64,000 nt of DNA from Patescibacteria group bacterium. GTDB lineage: Bacteria > Patescibacteriota > Microgenomatia > UBA1400 > PJMF01. The position numbers and the translations under genes are program-made. Under the pieces are notes generated by a model. The model was not told the DNA's origin. It saw only the letters and a program-made list of their open reading frames with translations, and searched no databases. Every line of letters begins with the position of its first letter. The first letter of the stretch is position 1. The stretch lies in contig JBMORP010000006.1 of the NCBI GenBank assembly GCA_049322655.1, positions 13,863-77,862 on the forward strand, read 5' to 3'. Positions 21,561 through 30,595 of the stretch are shown piece after piece.

Positions 21561-24500
21561 CTAGTTTAACAGAATTTTTTCGACTTCTTTGGCTAGATCT
21601 TTTGACCAGGCTACGCCATAAGGAAGCTTCATTCTTTCTGGCTTGCCTCCATTAGGAATAATGATCACGATTCCTGTTTGGCCAGGATTAGCTTTAAGTA
21701 GTTTTCCTAGTTTTTGTAAAGTATCTTTACTAGTCTTTCTAGGAATGAAAATTTCTTGAGAATTTTTATCACTTTCATAGTCAACTTCTTCTTGTTTTGG
21801 GGCAGAAACTTTTTCAACAATTAGTTTTGCTTCGTCTTCTTGAATTTCAACTTTGGCCTTAATCAGAACAACTCCATCTTGAACAATATAGCTTTTATAA
21901 GCGTCATAGGTTTTGGGAAAGAAGACAACTTCAATACTGCCACTATTGTCTTGAAGATTACCAAAAGCCATTTCTGCTGCTGTTTTTTTGGTTTTAACTA
22001 CTTTAATTCTGGTTAAAATTCCACCAAACAGAAAACTTTGATCTTTGTGTAGAAGTTGGTCAATCTCCGCAATATTTTTATTAGATCTACTTTGAACAGC
22101 CTGGAGTTGATCTGCCAGAGGGTGACTGGTTAAGTACATTCCCAGCAGTTCTTTTTCAAAAGAAAGCAGTTCTTTGGTTGGATACTCTGGGAGTTTGGCA
22201 AAACTATCTTGAATACTAGTAGTTGATTGAGAAGTTACATCAGCAAATAAATTATCTTGACCGTCAACTTCTGATTGAAATTGACTGGCAGTTTGTCTAA
22301 TTGCATCCAGATTTTCTAACATGCTAGCTCTAGTGGAAAATTGATCCATAGTGCCAACTTTGATTAAACTTTCGATTACTTTTTTATTAACTTTGCGGCC
22401 ATCTGTTTTGTAAAGAAATTCGGTAAAGGAATTAAATTTACCATCATTATTTTTCCTAGTTTCCAGGATATTATCGATAGCAGCAGTGCCAACATTTTTG
22501 ATACTAGTTAAACTGAATCTGATAGCTTTACCTTCTAGTGAATTTTTGTTTTTTTCAATGGTAAAAGTATCATTTGATTTATTAATGTCAGGAGGCAGAA
22601 CGACAATTCCCATTTCACGACAGGTCTCTACAGCTAAAGCAACTTTTTCATCACTGTTCATGGAGTGAGAGTTTGTCTCAATGGTCATTAAAGCAGCCAT
22701 ATATTCTATTGGATAGTTGGCTTTTAGGTAAGCTGTTTGGTAAGAAATCATGGCATAACTGGCAGCATGAGCTTTGTTGAAACCATAGTTAGCAAAAGCT
22801 TCGATAAAACCCCAAACTTTTTCAGCCACATCTTTTTTATAGCCTTTTTTAACTGACTCAGAGATAAATCTAGCCTTATTCTTATCAAGAATTTTTCTTT
22901 TTTTCTTACCAATTGCTCGACGCAGCATGTCTGCTTCACCCATGGTATAACCTGCCATATGGTGAACAATTTCCAAGACTTGCTCTTGGTAAACCATAAT
23001 GCCATAAGTTTCACCTAAAATTTCTTTTAAAGAGGCATCTGGATAAACCACTTTTTCTGGATTATGTTTGCCTTCAATAAACCTAGGAATCAGATCCATT
23101 GGGCCAGGCCGGTAAAGAGCTAACATAGCAGTAATATCTGAAAATTGATTGGGTTGAAGATTCTTGGCTACTCTTCTCATCCCACCTGACTCTAGTTGAA
23201 AAACACCAGAAGTTTCTCCCGATGAAAGTAGGTCGTAGGTTTTTTTATCATCTAAAGGCAAAGTATCTATATCAAGATCTTTTTGTTGGTATTTCTTGAT
23301 TAAATTAACAGCTGTTTGAATAGTAGATAAGTTTCTTAACCCCAAAAAATCAAACTTCAATAGGCCAATGGCATTATCATCGACATTGCAGTCCAAAGAA
23401 TACATATCATATTGAGTAATCATTTTTCCTGAACGACTATCTCGTTGAATTGGGGTATATTCTGGCAAGGGGGCATCAGCAATAATCACCGCTGCGGCAT
23501 GAACACTACTATGTCTAATGGTTCCTTCAACTCTTTTGGCTAAATCTAGAAGTTTTTTAAATTTGGGTTGCTTATAATATTCACCTAATTCAGGAACAGT
23601 TTTAATAGCTGTCTCTAAGCTAGTTTTTTTTCCAGGATCATTGGGGACCAATTTGGCTACTTTATCTGGATCTTCATAAGGTAGGCCTAAAACTCTCCCA
23701 ATGTCACGAATAGCTACTCTGGCTTCCATTTTTCCGAAAGTAATCACATGACCAACATGATCATGACCATATTTATCTGCTACATAACCAATTACTTCTT
23801 CACGGCGGTCATCAGCAAAATCAATATCAATATCAGGTGGAGTTGGCCGTTCTGGATTTAAAAATCTTTCAAAAGGTAGGCCATGTTCAAGAGGATCCAG
23901 GGTGGTAATGTTTAAGCAGTAAGAAACTAACGAACCAGCCGCCGAACCACGACCAGGACCAACGCCAATTCCTTGAGCTTTAGCCCAGTTGACAAAGTCT
24001 TGAGTAATTAAAAAGTAAGTTGGATAACCTTTTTCGTTAATGATTTCCATTTCATACTCTGCTCTTTTTTTTAGTTCTGGAGTAATTTGGCCAAACTTTT
24101 TTTTCATTCCTTCATAAACCATTTTTTTCAACCAAGTTTCAGCTGTTTCGCCGTTTGGTAATGGATATTTTGGGAAAATTAGTTGGCCAGTAGGAATTTC
24201 TAGGTCACAGCGGTCGGCAATTCTAACGGTATTGGCAATTGCTTCTGGATAATCAGTAAATAGATCTTTCATTGCTGCGGTAGATTTTAGATAGAAATCT
24301 GGATTGTCTTTCATTTTCATTCTTTTTTCGTCAGCTATCAATTTTCTAGTTTGGACACACAGCAGTGCATCTTGAGCTTCTACCTCATCTTGTTCAATAT
24401 AGTGAACATCATTAGTGGCCACTAATTCTAGTTTTAACTTCCTAGCAATTTTGATTAATTTTTTATTAAGTTCTTTAAGTTCTGGGATTGAAGGATGATT

Positions 24501-25025
24501 TTGTAGTTCAATATAAAACCTGTCACCAAAGATTTTTTGATATTTTTTAAATTTGGCTAAAGCTTTTTCATCCTTATTTTCTCTAAGTAATTTATTAAAT
24601 GGACTATTCATACAGCCACTTAACACAATCAAACCTTCACTGTGCTGTTCCAAGACTTCTTCATCTATCCTGGGTTTATAAGAAAATCCTTCCAAGTTGC
24701 CAATCGAGACTAACTTCATTAAGTTTTTGTAACCAGTAATATTTTGAGCTATCACTGTTAGGTGTGCTTGATCAGATCCTGGTTTTACTTGTTTATCATG
24801 ACGAGATTTTTTAGCAATATATAGTTCACAACCAATAATTGGTTTGATTTCAGCTGCTTTGCAAGCGTTATAAAAAGCGATCGTACCGTACATCCCACCA
24901 TGGTCAGTAATGGCAATGGCTTGTTGATTAAGTTCTTTGACCTTATCAATTAATTTAGGAATCTTAGATAATCCATCCAGCATGGAATATTCAGTGTGAA
25001 CATGAAGATGTACAAAATCAGACAT
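21561..25025 (-). CDS. dnaE: DNA polymerase III alpha subunit
   Basis: PHP domain N-terminus MSDFVHLHVHTEYSMLDG; polymerase core; 1154 aa. Confidence 0.95.
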   Translation of the reverse strand: MSDFVHLHVHTEYSMLDGLSKIPKLIDKVKELNQQAIAITDHGGMYGTIAFYNACKAAEIKPIIGCELYIAKKSRHDKQVKPGSDQAHLTVIAQNITGYKNLMKLVSIGNLEGFSYKPRIDEEVLEQHSEGLIVLSGCMNSPFNKLLRENKDEKALAKFKKYQKIFGDRFYIELQNHPSIPELKELNKKLIKIARKLKLELVATNDVHYIEQDEVEAQDALLCVQTRKLIADEKRMKMKDNPDFYLKSTAAMKDLFTDYPEAIANTVRIADRCDLEIPTGQLIFPKYPLPNGETAETWLKKMVYEGMKKKFGQITPELKKRAEYEMEIINEKGYPTYFLITQDFVNWAKAQGIGVGPGRGSAAGSLVSYCLNITTLDPLEHGLPFERFLNPERPTPPDIDIDFADDRREEVIGYVADKYGHDHVGHVITFGKMEARVAIRDIGRVLGLPYEDPDKVAKLVPNDPGKKTSLETAIKTVPELGEYYKQPKFKKLLDLAKRVEGTIRHSSVHAAAVIIADAPLPEYTPIQRDSRSGKMITQYDMYSLDCNVDDNAIGLLKFDFLGLRNLSTIQTAVNLIKKYQQKDLDIDTLPLDDKKTYDLLSSGETSGVFQLESGGMRRVAKNLQPNQFSDITAMLALYRPGPMDLIPRFIEGKHNPEKVVYPDASLKEILGETYGIMVYQEQVLEIVHHMAGYTMGEADMLRRAIGKKKRKILDKNKARFISESVKKGYKKDVAEKVWGFIEAFANYGFNKAHAASYAMISYQTAYLKANYPIEYMAALMTIETNSHSMNSDEKVALAVETCREMGIVVLPPDINKSNDTFTIEKNKNSLEGKAIRFSLTSIKNVGTAAIDNILETRKNNDGKFNSFTEFLYKTDGRKVNKKVIESLIKVGTMDQFSTRASMLENLDAIRQTASQFQSEVDGQDNLFADVTSQSTTSIQDSFAKLPEYPTKELLSFEKELLGMYLTSHPLADQLQAVQSRSNKNIAEIDQLLHKDQSFLFGGILTRIKVVKTKKTAAEMAFGNLQDNSGSIEVVFFPKTYDAYKSYIVQDGVVLIKAKVEIQEDEAKLIVEKVSAPKQEEVDYESDKNSQEIFIPRKTSKDTLQKLGKLLKANPGQTGIVIIIPNGGKPERMKLPYGVAWSKDLAKEVEKILLN

Positions 25026-25051
25026 TTAGCTCGACTATCCCACAGAAAAAA

Positions 25052-26395
25052 CTAGCTTTCAAGAGCGGTTTGAATAGTCTGCCTGATGGTTTGAGGATCA
25101 ACCTTTTTGCCAAGTGACTTCAGCACCTGCCCCATCAAGAAACCGATGACTTGTTTTTGACCACTTTTATATTTGGTCACAGCATCATTATTTTCCATGA
25201 ATACTTTTTCAACTACTTTACTTAGCTCTTGTTCGGTGATAGTTTCAGTTTGGTGAAGTTGCTCAAAGCGATGAATAACTTCATCAGGATTAGCCAAAGT
25301 TTCGACTTTAATTTTTTTATTTAGGTAGTCATTGATAAATAAAACCAAATCAAGTTTTTTAGTTTGGAGTTTTTCCAAAATCTCAGCTAACCAAGAAATT
25401 TCTGAAGTACTTTCGACATTGGTTAATGCTTGAACTTTTTCAATTGGTAATGCAAATTTATGGGCCCAGTCAGCAGCAATTTTATCTGGTAAAATCGGTA
25501 CCGTTTGGTTGATTTTTTCTAGATATTCAGCCGTAAAGTGAAGTGGAGGTAAATCTGGATCAGGAAAATAACGATAGTCTTCTGCTTCTTCTTTAGTTCT
25601 TTGAGAAAAAGTTTGATTTTTGTCAGCATTCCAACCTCTCGTTTCTTGAGTTGGAGTTTGACCTGTTTCTAGGATTTCGGCTTGTCTATTTAGTTCATAG
25701 TCAATCGCTGCTTCTAAGAACCTAAAAGAATTAATGTTTTTGACCTCAACTTTGTAATTTGGTAGCTGGGTTACTCCAATTTTTCTTAAAGAAATATTGG
25801 CTTCTAATCTCATGCCACCTTGTTCCATATCACAGTCAGCTACATCAAGAAATCTCAAAACTTGGCGCAGTTTTTTGCCGTATTCTTTGGCTTGAGCACC
25901 ATTTTTAATATCTGGTTCAGTTACGACTTCAACCAAAGGTACTCCACCACGGTTGAAGTCGATTAAACTAACCTTTTTACCATTGATAGTAGTATGCATT
26001 AACTTACCAGTATCTTCTTCTAAGTGGATTCTAGTTAGTCCAACTCTACCTTGTGATGTTTCCAGATAGCCTTGATAACAAAATGGCAAATCATATTGAC
26101 TGATTTGATAACCTTTAGCCAGATCTGGGTAAAAATAATGTTTGCGATCAAATTTAGAGAAGTTATTGATTTTACAATTAGTAGCAAGACCAATTTTAAT
26201 CGTCCATTCAATCGCTTTTTTGTTAGCTACAGGTAAACCACCAGGCATACCCAAACAGACTGGACAAGTATAAATATTGGGTTTTGCTGCACCAAATGGA
26301 TCGTTTTTACAACCACAAAACATTTTTGAAGTAGTTTTTAATTCAGCATGAACTTCCAAGCCAATTACTGCTTCATATTTCTTTTGCCAGTTCAT
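25052..26395 (-). CDS. gatB: Asp/Glu-tRNA amidotransferase subunit B
   Basis: YEAVIGLEVHAEL...KMFCGC N-terminus typical of GatB. Confidence 0.9.
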   Translation of the reverse strand: MNWQKKYEAVIGLEVHAELKTTSKMFCGCKNDPFGAAKPNIYTCPVCLGMPGGLPVANKKAIEWTIKIGLATNCKINNFSKFDRKHYFYPDLAKGYQISQYDLPFCYQGYLETSQGRVGLTRIHLEEDTGKLMHTTINGKKVSLIDFNRGGVPLVEVVTEPDIKNGAQAKEYGKKLRQVLRFLDVADCDMEQGGMRLEANISLRKIGVTQLPNYKVEVKNINSFRFLEAAIDYELNRQAEILETGQTPTQETRGWNADKNQTFSQRTKEEAEDYRYFPDPDLPPLHFTAEYLEKINQTVPILPDKIAADWAHKFALPIEKVQALTNVESTSEISWLAEILEKLQTKKLDLVLFINDYLNKKIKVETLANPDEVIHRFEQLHQTETITEQELSKVVEKVFMENNDAVTKYKSGQKQVIGFLMGQVLKSLGKKVDPQTIRQTIQTALES

Positions 26396-27774
26396 GATTG
26401 TTGCCTCCAGGTATTCCAGTTAGTGTTTTTTTCAAAAGCATCAGCGGCTTGAATGAGTAAATCCTCACGCCACATTGGAGCCATGATATTCATCCCCAAG
26501 AAAAGGTTGGTTTTTTCATCACGATAATAAGGGATATTGATTCCTGGTAGTCCAGCAATTGAGCTAGCTTCAACCAGCATATCTTCTAGCTCGCCAAACA
26601 TAGCTTGACCTTCGGTTACGCCGATTTTTTTGGCAAATCCAGGTGAGGTTGGAGCTATTAGCAAATCATATTTATCAAAGAGTTTGCTGAGATCATTAAT
26701 AAATAAAGTTCTAACTTTTTGAGCTAGTTCGTAATATTTTTCAGCATAACCTTTACTCAAAGTATAAGTGCCCAACATTTGTCTTCTTTTGGCTTCAGCA
26801 CCGAAAAAAGAACGATCATTTTTATAGCGAACACCACTGTAACGAGCTAGATTACTGCTCACTTCTCCACGCTGAACAACGGTGTAAACACCGATCGCAT
26901 AATGTGGATCCATAGCTTGAGCTTTTTCAACAGTCACCCCCAAAGACTCAAGCACGGCAAGTTGCTCTAATAATTTTTCATTAGCAAACTCAACGCCTTT
27001 GATGTCTTGATAGATCACACCTATTTTCAAACCTTTAACAGAAGTGTTAAGCGATTGAGTTAAGTCTTGAGGTGTTTGAGCAGAAGAGGTGCCATCAAGA
27101 GGATCATGACCAGCTATTAGATTGAACATAAGAGCAGCATCTTCAACTGTTTTAGTAATTGGTCCGGGACTGTCAGTAGAAGAGGCCATGGCAGCTACTC
27201 CATAACGACTAACTCGACCATAAGTTGGTTTCAGACCGACTGTACCACACCAGGCTGAAGGTTGTCTGATCGAACCAGCTGTTTCACTCCCAATCGAGGC
27301 AATAGCTAGATCTGCAGCAATTGCCGCGGCGCTACCACCAGATGAGCCACCTGGTAAGTGAGCAGTGTTTCTGGGATTAAGGGTTCTACCAAAATCACTG
27401 GTTTCAGTCGAAGAACCATGAGCCCAAGCATCAAGATTGGTTTTACCGATGATTACTCCCCCACCATCTTTAATTTTTTTGGTAACTGTTGATTCAAATT
27501 GAGGAATAAAGTTTTCTAGAACTTTAGATGAAGCAGTCGTTCTAAAATCTTTAGTGCAAAAATTGTCTTTAATTGCAATTGGGACGCCAGCTAGCGGGGT
27601 GTTTAAGAGCTTTTCTGCTTTATTTAAAGCTTGGTCATCTAGATTAAGGTAAATATTTAGTTGCTTATTTTGTTCATCAATAGCTTGTTGAATATCCTGA
27701 TAAAGTTCTCGATGAGAGAATTTTTTATTTTTCAAATCTCTGATAGTTTGGGCCAAAGTTAGCTTGTTCAACAT
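26392..27774 (-). CDS. gatA: Asp/Glu-tRNA amidotransferase subunit A
   Basis: Amidase signature GGSSGGSAAAIAA. Confidence 0.9.
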   Translation of the reverse strand: MLNKLTLAQTIRDLKNKKFSHRELYQDIQQAIDEQNKQLNIYLNLDDQALNKAEKLLNTPLAGVPIAIKDNFCTKDFRTTASSKVLENFIPQFESTVTKKIKDGGGVIIGKTNLDAWAHGSSTETSDFGRTLNPRNTAHLPGGSSGGSAAAIAADLAIASIGSETAGSIRQPSAWCGTVGLKPTYGRVSRYGVAAMASSTDSPGPITKTVEDAALMFNLIAGHDPLDGTSSAQTPQDLTQSLNTSVKGLKIGVIYQDIKGVEFANEKLLEQLAVLESLGVTVEKAQAMDPHYAIGVYTVVQRGEVSSNLARYSGVRYKNDRSFFGAEAKRRQMLGTYTLSKGYAEKYYELAQKVRTLFINDLSKLFDKYDLLIAPTSPGFAKKIGVTEGQAMFGELEDMLVEASSIAGLPGINIPYYRDEKTNLFLGMNIMAPMWREDLLIQAADAFEKNTNWNTWRQQS

Positions 27775-27776
27775 AT

Positions 27777-28052
27777 CTAGTCGACCATTTTTTCTGTTTT
27801 GCTTATTTCTTTGAGTTTCTTTTTATTTTTAATAAAAGAGATAAAGCTGTAAATTAAAGTAGCAAGAAATGAAAGCACATAAATCAGACCAACTGAAACG
27901 GCATATTTTTGAGAAACACCAGTCATATTCAGAAATATAAAAATGCTAAATACAATCAGTTGTAAGAGAATTGCTTCTAAAGCTGTAGCAATTCTTTCCT
28001 TTCTTAGTTGGTCAATTAAGAATTTTTTATCTTCAATAGATAGTTTAGGCAT
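27777..28052 (-). CDS. Small two-TM membrane protein of unknown function, inserted between gatC and gatA
   Basis: 91-aa ORF with two hydrophobic helices; overlaps the gatC stop by 8 nt and abuts the gatA start. Confidence 0.5.
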   Translation of the reverse strand: MPKLSIEDKKFLIDQLRKERIATALEAILLQLIVFSIFIFLNMTGVSQKYAVSVGLIYVLSFLATLIYSFISFIKNKKKLKEISKTEKMVD

Positions 28053-28359
28053 CTTTTTCCTCCAAAATTCTGGGTACTACAAAATATCCGTTATGAGTTT
28101 GCTGAGCATTAGCTAAAGCTTCTTGCTGAGTAAATGTGGTTTGTTGGTTGATTTCATCTTCACGCCAAACATTCTCTAAACCAGTGACTTGATGAGTGGT
28201 TGGCACATTTTTAACATCCAAAGTTGCTAGTTCATCAACAACAACCAAAGTTTCCTCAAAGGCTTTGGCCAAGGCTGTTTCTTCTTGTTCAGAAATTGGA
28301 ATATTAGCTAATTGAGCAATATGAGCAACAGTTTGAGTTTTAATAACAGTTTTTTTCAC
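28045..28359 (-). CDS. gatC: Asp/Glu-tRNA amidotransferase subunit C
   Basis: Aligns to GatC (IAQLANIPISEQEETAL...TGLENVWREDE). Confidence 0.85.
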   Translation of the reverse strand: MKKTVIKTQTVAHIAQLANIPISEQEETALAKAFEETLVVVDELATLDVKNVPTTHQVTGLENVWREDEINQQTTFTQQEALANAQQTHNGYFVVPRILEEKDA

Positions 28360-28407
28360 ATCTGGAAGTATAACAGAATGGAGATTTTTTTTCAGATTTA
28401 AAAACCC

Positions 28408-29322
28408 TTAGTGAGTAATGTTTTTAAGAGCAGTAATTCTTTCTGATAAGGGTGGATGAGTAGCAAACAATTTAGCAAACATCCCCACCCCTCCATGAAG
28501 ATTTTTTAGTGGATTCGTAATGTACAGATGAGCAGTGGCTTTATTGGCTGCCTCTAGTGGTTCTCTATCACTACCCAATTTTTCTAGAGCACTGATCATT
28601 CCAGCAGGGTTTCTGGTCATGGCCACTGCTGAAGCATCAGCTAAAAACTCTCTTTTTCTTGAAATGGCTAACTGAATCAACTTAGCAATTAAAGGTGAAA
28701 GTAAGGCTAACACCATTCCTACCACAAATAAAATTAGTTGGATCTGACCATCCCCTTCTCTATTTTCTCTTTTTCTACTTCCTCCCCAATAAGTCATTCT
28801 TAAGGCCCAATCTGCCAATAAGGAAATAAAACCGACTAAAACCGTAACGAGAGACATCAAACGAATATCATAGTTTTTAATGTGAGCTAATTCATGAGCG
28901 ATTACGCCCTCTACTTCACGACGGTTCATTCTAGAGAGCAAACCAGTGGTGGCGCAAATAACTGCATGTTGAGGATCTCGACCAGTCGCAAAAGCATTCA
29001 TTGCCGAGTCATCAATCACATAAAGTTTTGGTAAAGGTAGTTTTTGGCTATGGCTTAAATTTTCAGCTACTGTATAAAAATCAAAAAACTCACTTCTGGT
29101 TGCCTCTCTGGCTCCAGATAAAGTCAAGATGATTTTATCTGAAAAATAATAACTGCCAAAACTAGTTAGTCCAGCCAAGATTAATGCCATTCCAACTAAA
29201 TCTAGTCCATAACCCAATCCTTCAACCATTAAATGAGCGGCTGCCACAACAAAAACAATGAAGCCTAGGATAACAAACAAAGATTTAGCTTTATTACTAG
29301 TAACAAGCTGGTAATGTGTCAT
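28408..29322 (-). CDS. htpX: Zinc metalloprotease HtpX (M48)
   Basis: HELAHIKNYD HExxH motif with flanking TM helices. Confidence 0.85.
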   Translation of the reverse strand: MTHYQLVTSNKAKSLFVILGFIVFVVAAAHLMVEGLGYGLDLVGMALILAGLTSFGSYYFSDKIILTLSGAREATRSEFFDFYTVAENLSHSQKLPLPKLYVIDDSAMNAFATGRDPQHAVICATTGLLSRMNRREVEGVIAHELAHIKNYDIRLMSLVTVLVGFISLLADWALRMTYWGGSRKRENREGDGQIQLILFVVGMVLALLSPLIAKLIQLAISRKREFLADASAVAMTRNPAGMISALEKLGSDREPLEAANKATAHLYITNPLKNLHGGVGMFAKLFATHPPLSERITALKNITH

Positions 29323-29326
29323 AGCT

Positions 29327-29908
29327 TTAATCTAAAGAAACTTTATGATCTTTGGTTTCTGTATCACTCACAGCCAAATGAGAGCCTGAAGTGGCTGTTT
29401 CTAAACCTTTTTCTGACTTGAAACCGAATAAACCAGCAACGACATTAGATGGGAAAACCACTAGTTTCTGGTTAAAAGTTTGTGTTAAATCGATGACTGT
29501 TCTTCTAGCATAAGTAAGTTTATCAGCAGTATCAGTTAATTCATCCATAAACTTACTAACAGTGCCATCAGCTTTTATTTCTGGATTATCTTCAACAGCA
29601 ACCTGAATCTTTGGGATTAATGCTTGAACTGAAGCTAAAGCTTTTTCTAAATCGGCCGCTTTGCCAGTTTTGTCGGCTGTTTCAGCAGCTTTTCTGGCAT
29701 CAGTTAACATTTGAAAAATACCTTTTTCATGTTTTAAATAGCCTTTAACCGCTGTTTCTAGATTGGGAATCAAGTTAGCTTGTCTTTTCAATTGATTACC
29801 AATTTCTTGAATACTGGCATGAATTTGAGTTTTCAAGGTTTGCAGAGAATTGTAAACACCAATAATGTAGAAGATTACTACACCAGCTATAACGATAAAA
29901 ATTAACAT
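29327..29908 (-). CDS. lemA: LemA family protein
   Basis: N-terminal TM plus YNSLQTLKTQI...NLIPNLETAVKGY typical of LemA. Confidence 0.8.
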   Translation of the reverse strand: MLIFIVIAGVVIFYIIGVYNSLQTLKTQIHASIQEIGNQLKRQANLIPNLETAVKGYLKHEKGIFQMLTDARKAAETADKTGKAADLEKALASVQALIPKIQVAVEDNPEIKADGTVSKFMDELTDTADKLTYARRTVIDLTQTFNQKLVVFPSNVVAGLFGFKSEKGLETATSGSHLAVSDTETKDHKVSLD

Positions 29909-29982
29909 ATCAGTCCTTTGGTCAAATAACTACTGGGGATAGTATAGCAAATTAGTTAATTTTTGTTGGAACTTGAATTTAC

Positions 29983-30010
29983 TTACAAAATTAGAATTAT
30001 TTGCTATAAT
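29983..30010 (+). promoter_or_regulatory. Putative promoter for tRNA-Asp (TTACAA-16nt-TGCTATAAT)
   Basis: Hexamers read from the sequence, about 33 nt upstream of the tRNA 5' end. Confidence 0.4.
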
Positions 30011-30042
30011 TACGGTTCTGTTCTTTTAACATCAAGTCAAGT

Positions 30043-30115
30043 GGGCCCGTGGTGTAGTGGTTAACATGCTTCCCTGTCACGGAAGAGATCGCCAGTTCGA
30101 TCCTGGTCGGGCTCG
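30043..30115 (+). tRNA. tRNA-Asp (anticodon GTC)
   Basis: Manual cloverleaf: acceptor GGGCCCG/CGGGCTC (one G-U), anticodon stem CTTCC/GGAAG, loop CTGTCAC, T-loop TTCGATC. 73 nt; CCA not encoded. Confidence 0.9.
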
Positions 30116-30123
30116 CAGGTATG

Positions 30124-30152
30124 AAAAAATCTCCATTCTGGAGATTTTTTTG
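30124..30152 (+). terminator. Rho-independent terminator after tRNA-Asp
   Basis: AAAATCTCCA-TTC-TGGAGATTTTTTT. Confidence 0.7.
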
Positions 30153-30232
30153 TAGCTACAGCTCATAATAAAGGCAACCTTGGTGGGTTGGTTAATCTTC
30201 ATATTTTATTGCTAAAATTAGACCTATAATAT

Positions 30233-30261
30233 TTGACAAATAAGTTATATTCAATTATAAT
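30233..30261 (+). promoter_or_regulatory. Perfect sigma70 consensus promoter TTGACA-17nt-TATAAT
   Basis: Exact consensus hexamers with a 17-nt spacer read directly from the sequence; about 160 nt upstream of the small peptide ORF. Confidence 0.6.
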
Positions 30262-30422
30262 TGTTGGTATATAAAACTTAGTGTACTGCACACTGCTGTT
30301 TTAAAATAAAAGGTAAGCAATTTATTTGCTTTCTTTCTTGAGTAAGGGCATTCATTTTAGGTATTGGTCAAGCTGATACTTAAATTGAATGCCATTATCA
30401 TTCTGAAAGGAGGTGAAATGTA

Positions 30423-30548
30423 ATGGCTACTTGTCAGCATTCTTGGTATACCAAGTCATATTTTCCGCACAGATTTTTGTTCTGGCGGTACATTTGGCAA
30501 AAGTGTACTAAATGCAATGCTTGGAGAATCAAACGATACTCTAAGTAA
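30423..30548 (+). CDS. Small ORF (41 aa) encoding a highly cationic Trp/Cys-rich peptide, MATCQHSWYTKSYFPHRFLFWRYIWQKCTKCNAWRIKRYSK; candidate leaderless-bacteriocin-like peptide
   Basis: Not in the ORF track (under 60 aa). Preceded by AAAGGAGGTG, the strongest Shine-Dalgarno site in the window, then ATG-TAA-(A)TG. Net charge +9 with no Asp/Glu. Followed by an intrinsic terminator and an ABC-2 exporter. Confidence 0.45.
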   Translation: MATCQHSWYTKSYFPHRFLFWRYIWQKCTKCNAWRIKRYSK

Positions 30549-30552
30549 AAAA

Positions 30553-30581
30553 AGAGCCGTCTCGGAAGGGACGGCTTTTCT
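30553..30581 (+). terminator. Stem-loop with short U-tract (candidate partial terminator/attenuator) between the small ORF and the ABC ATPase gene
   Basis: AGCCGTC-TCGGAAGG-GACGGCT followed by TTTC. Lies 15 nt before the ABC ATPase ATG and overlaps a TGGTATACT extended -10-like element. Confidence 0.5.
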
Positions 30582-30595
30582 GGTATACTTACCAG

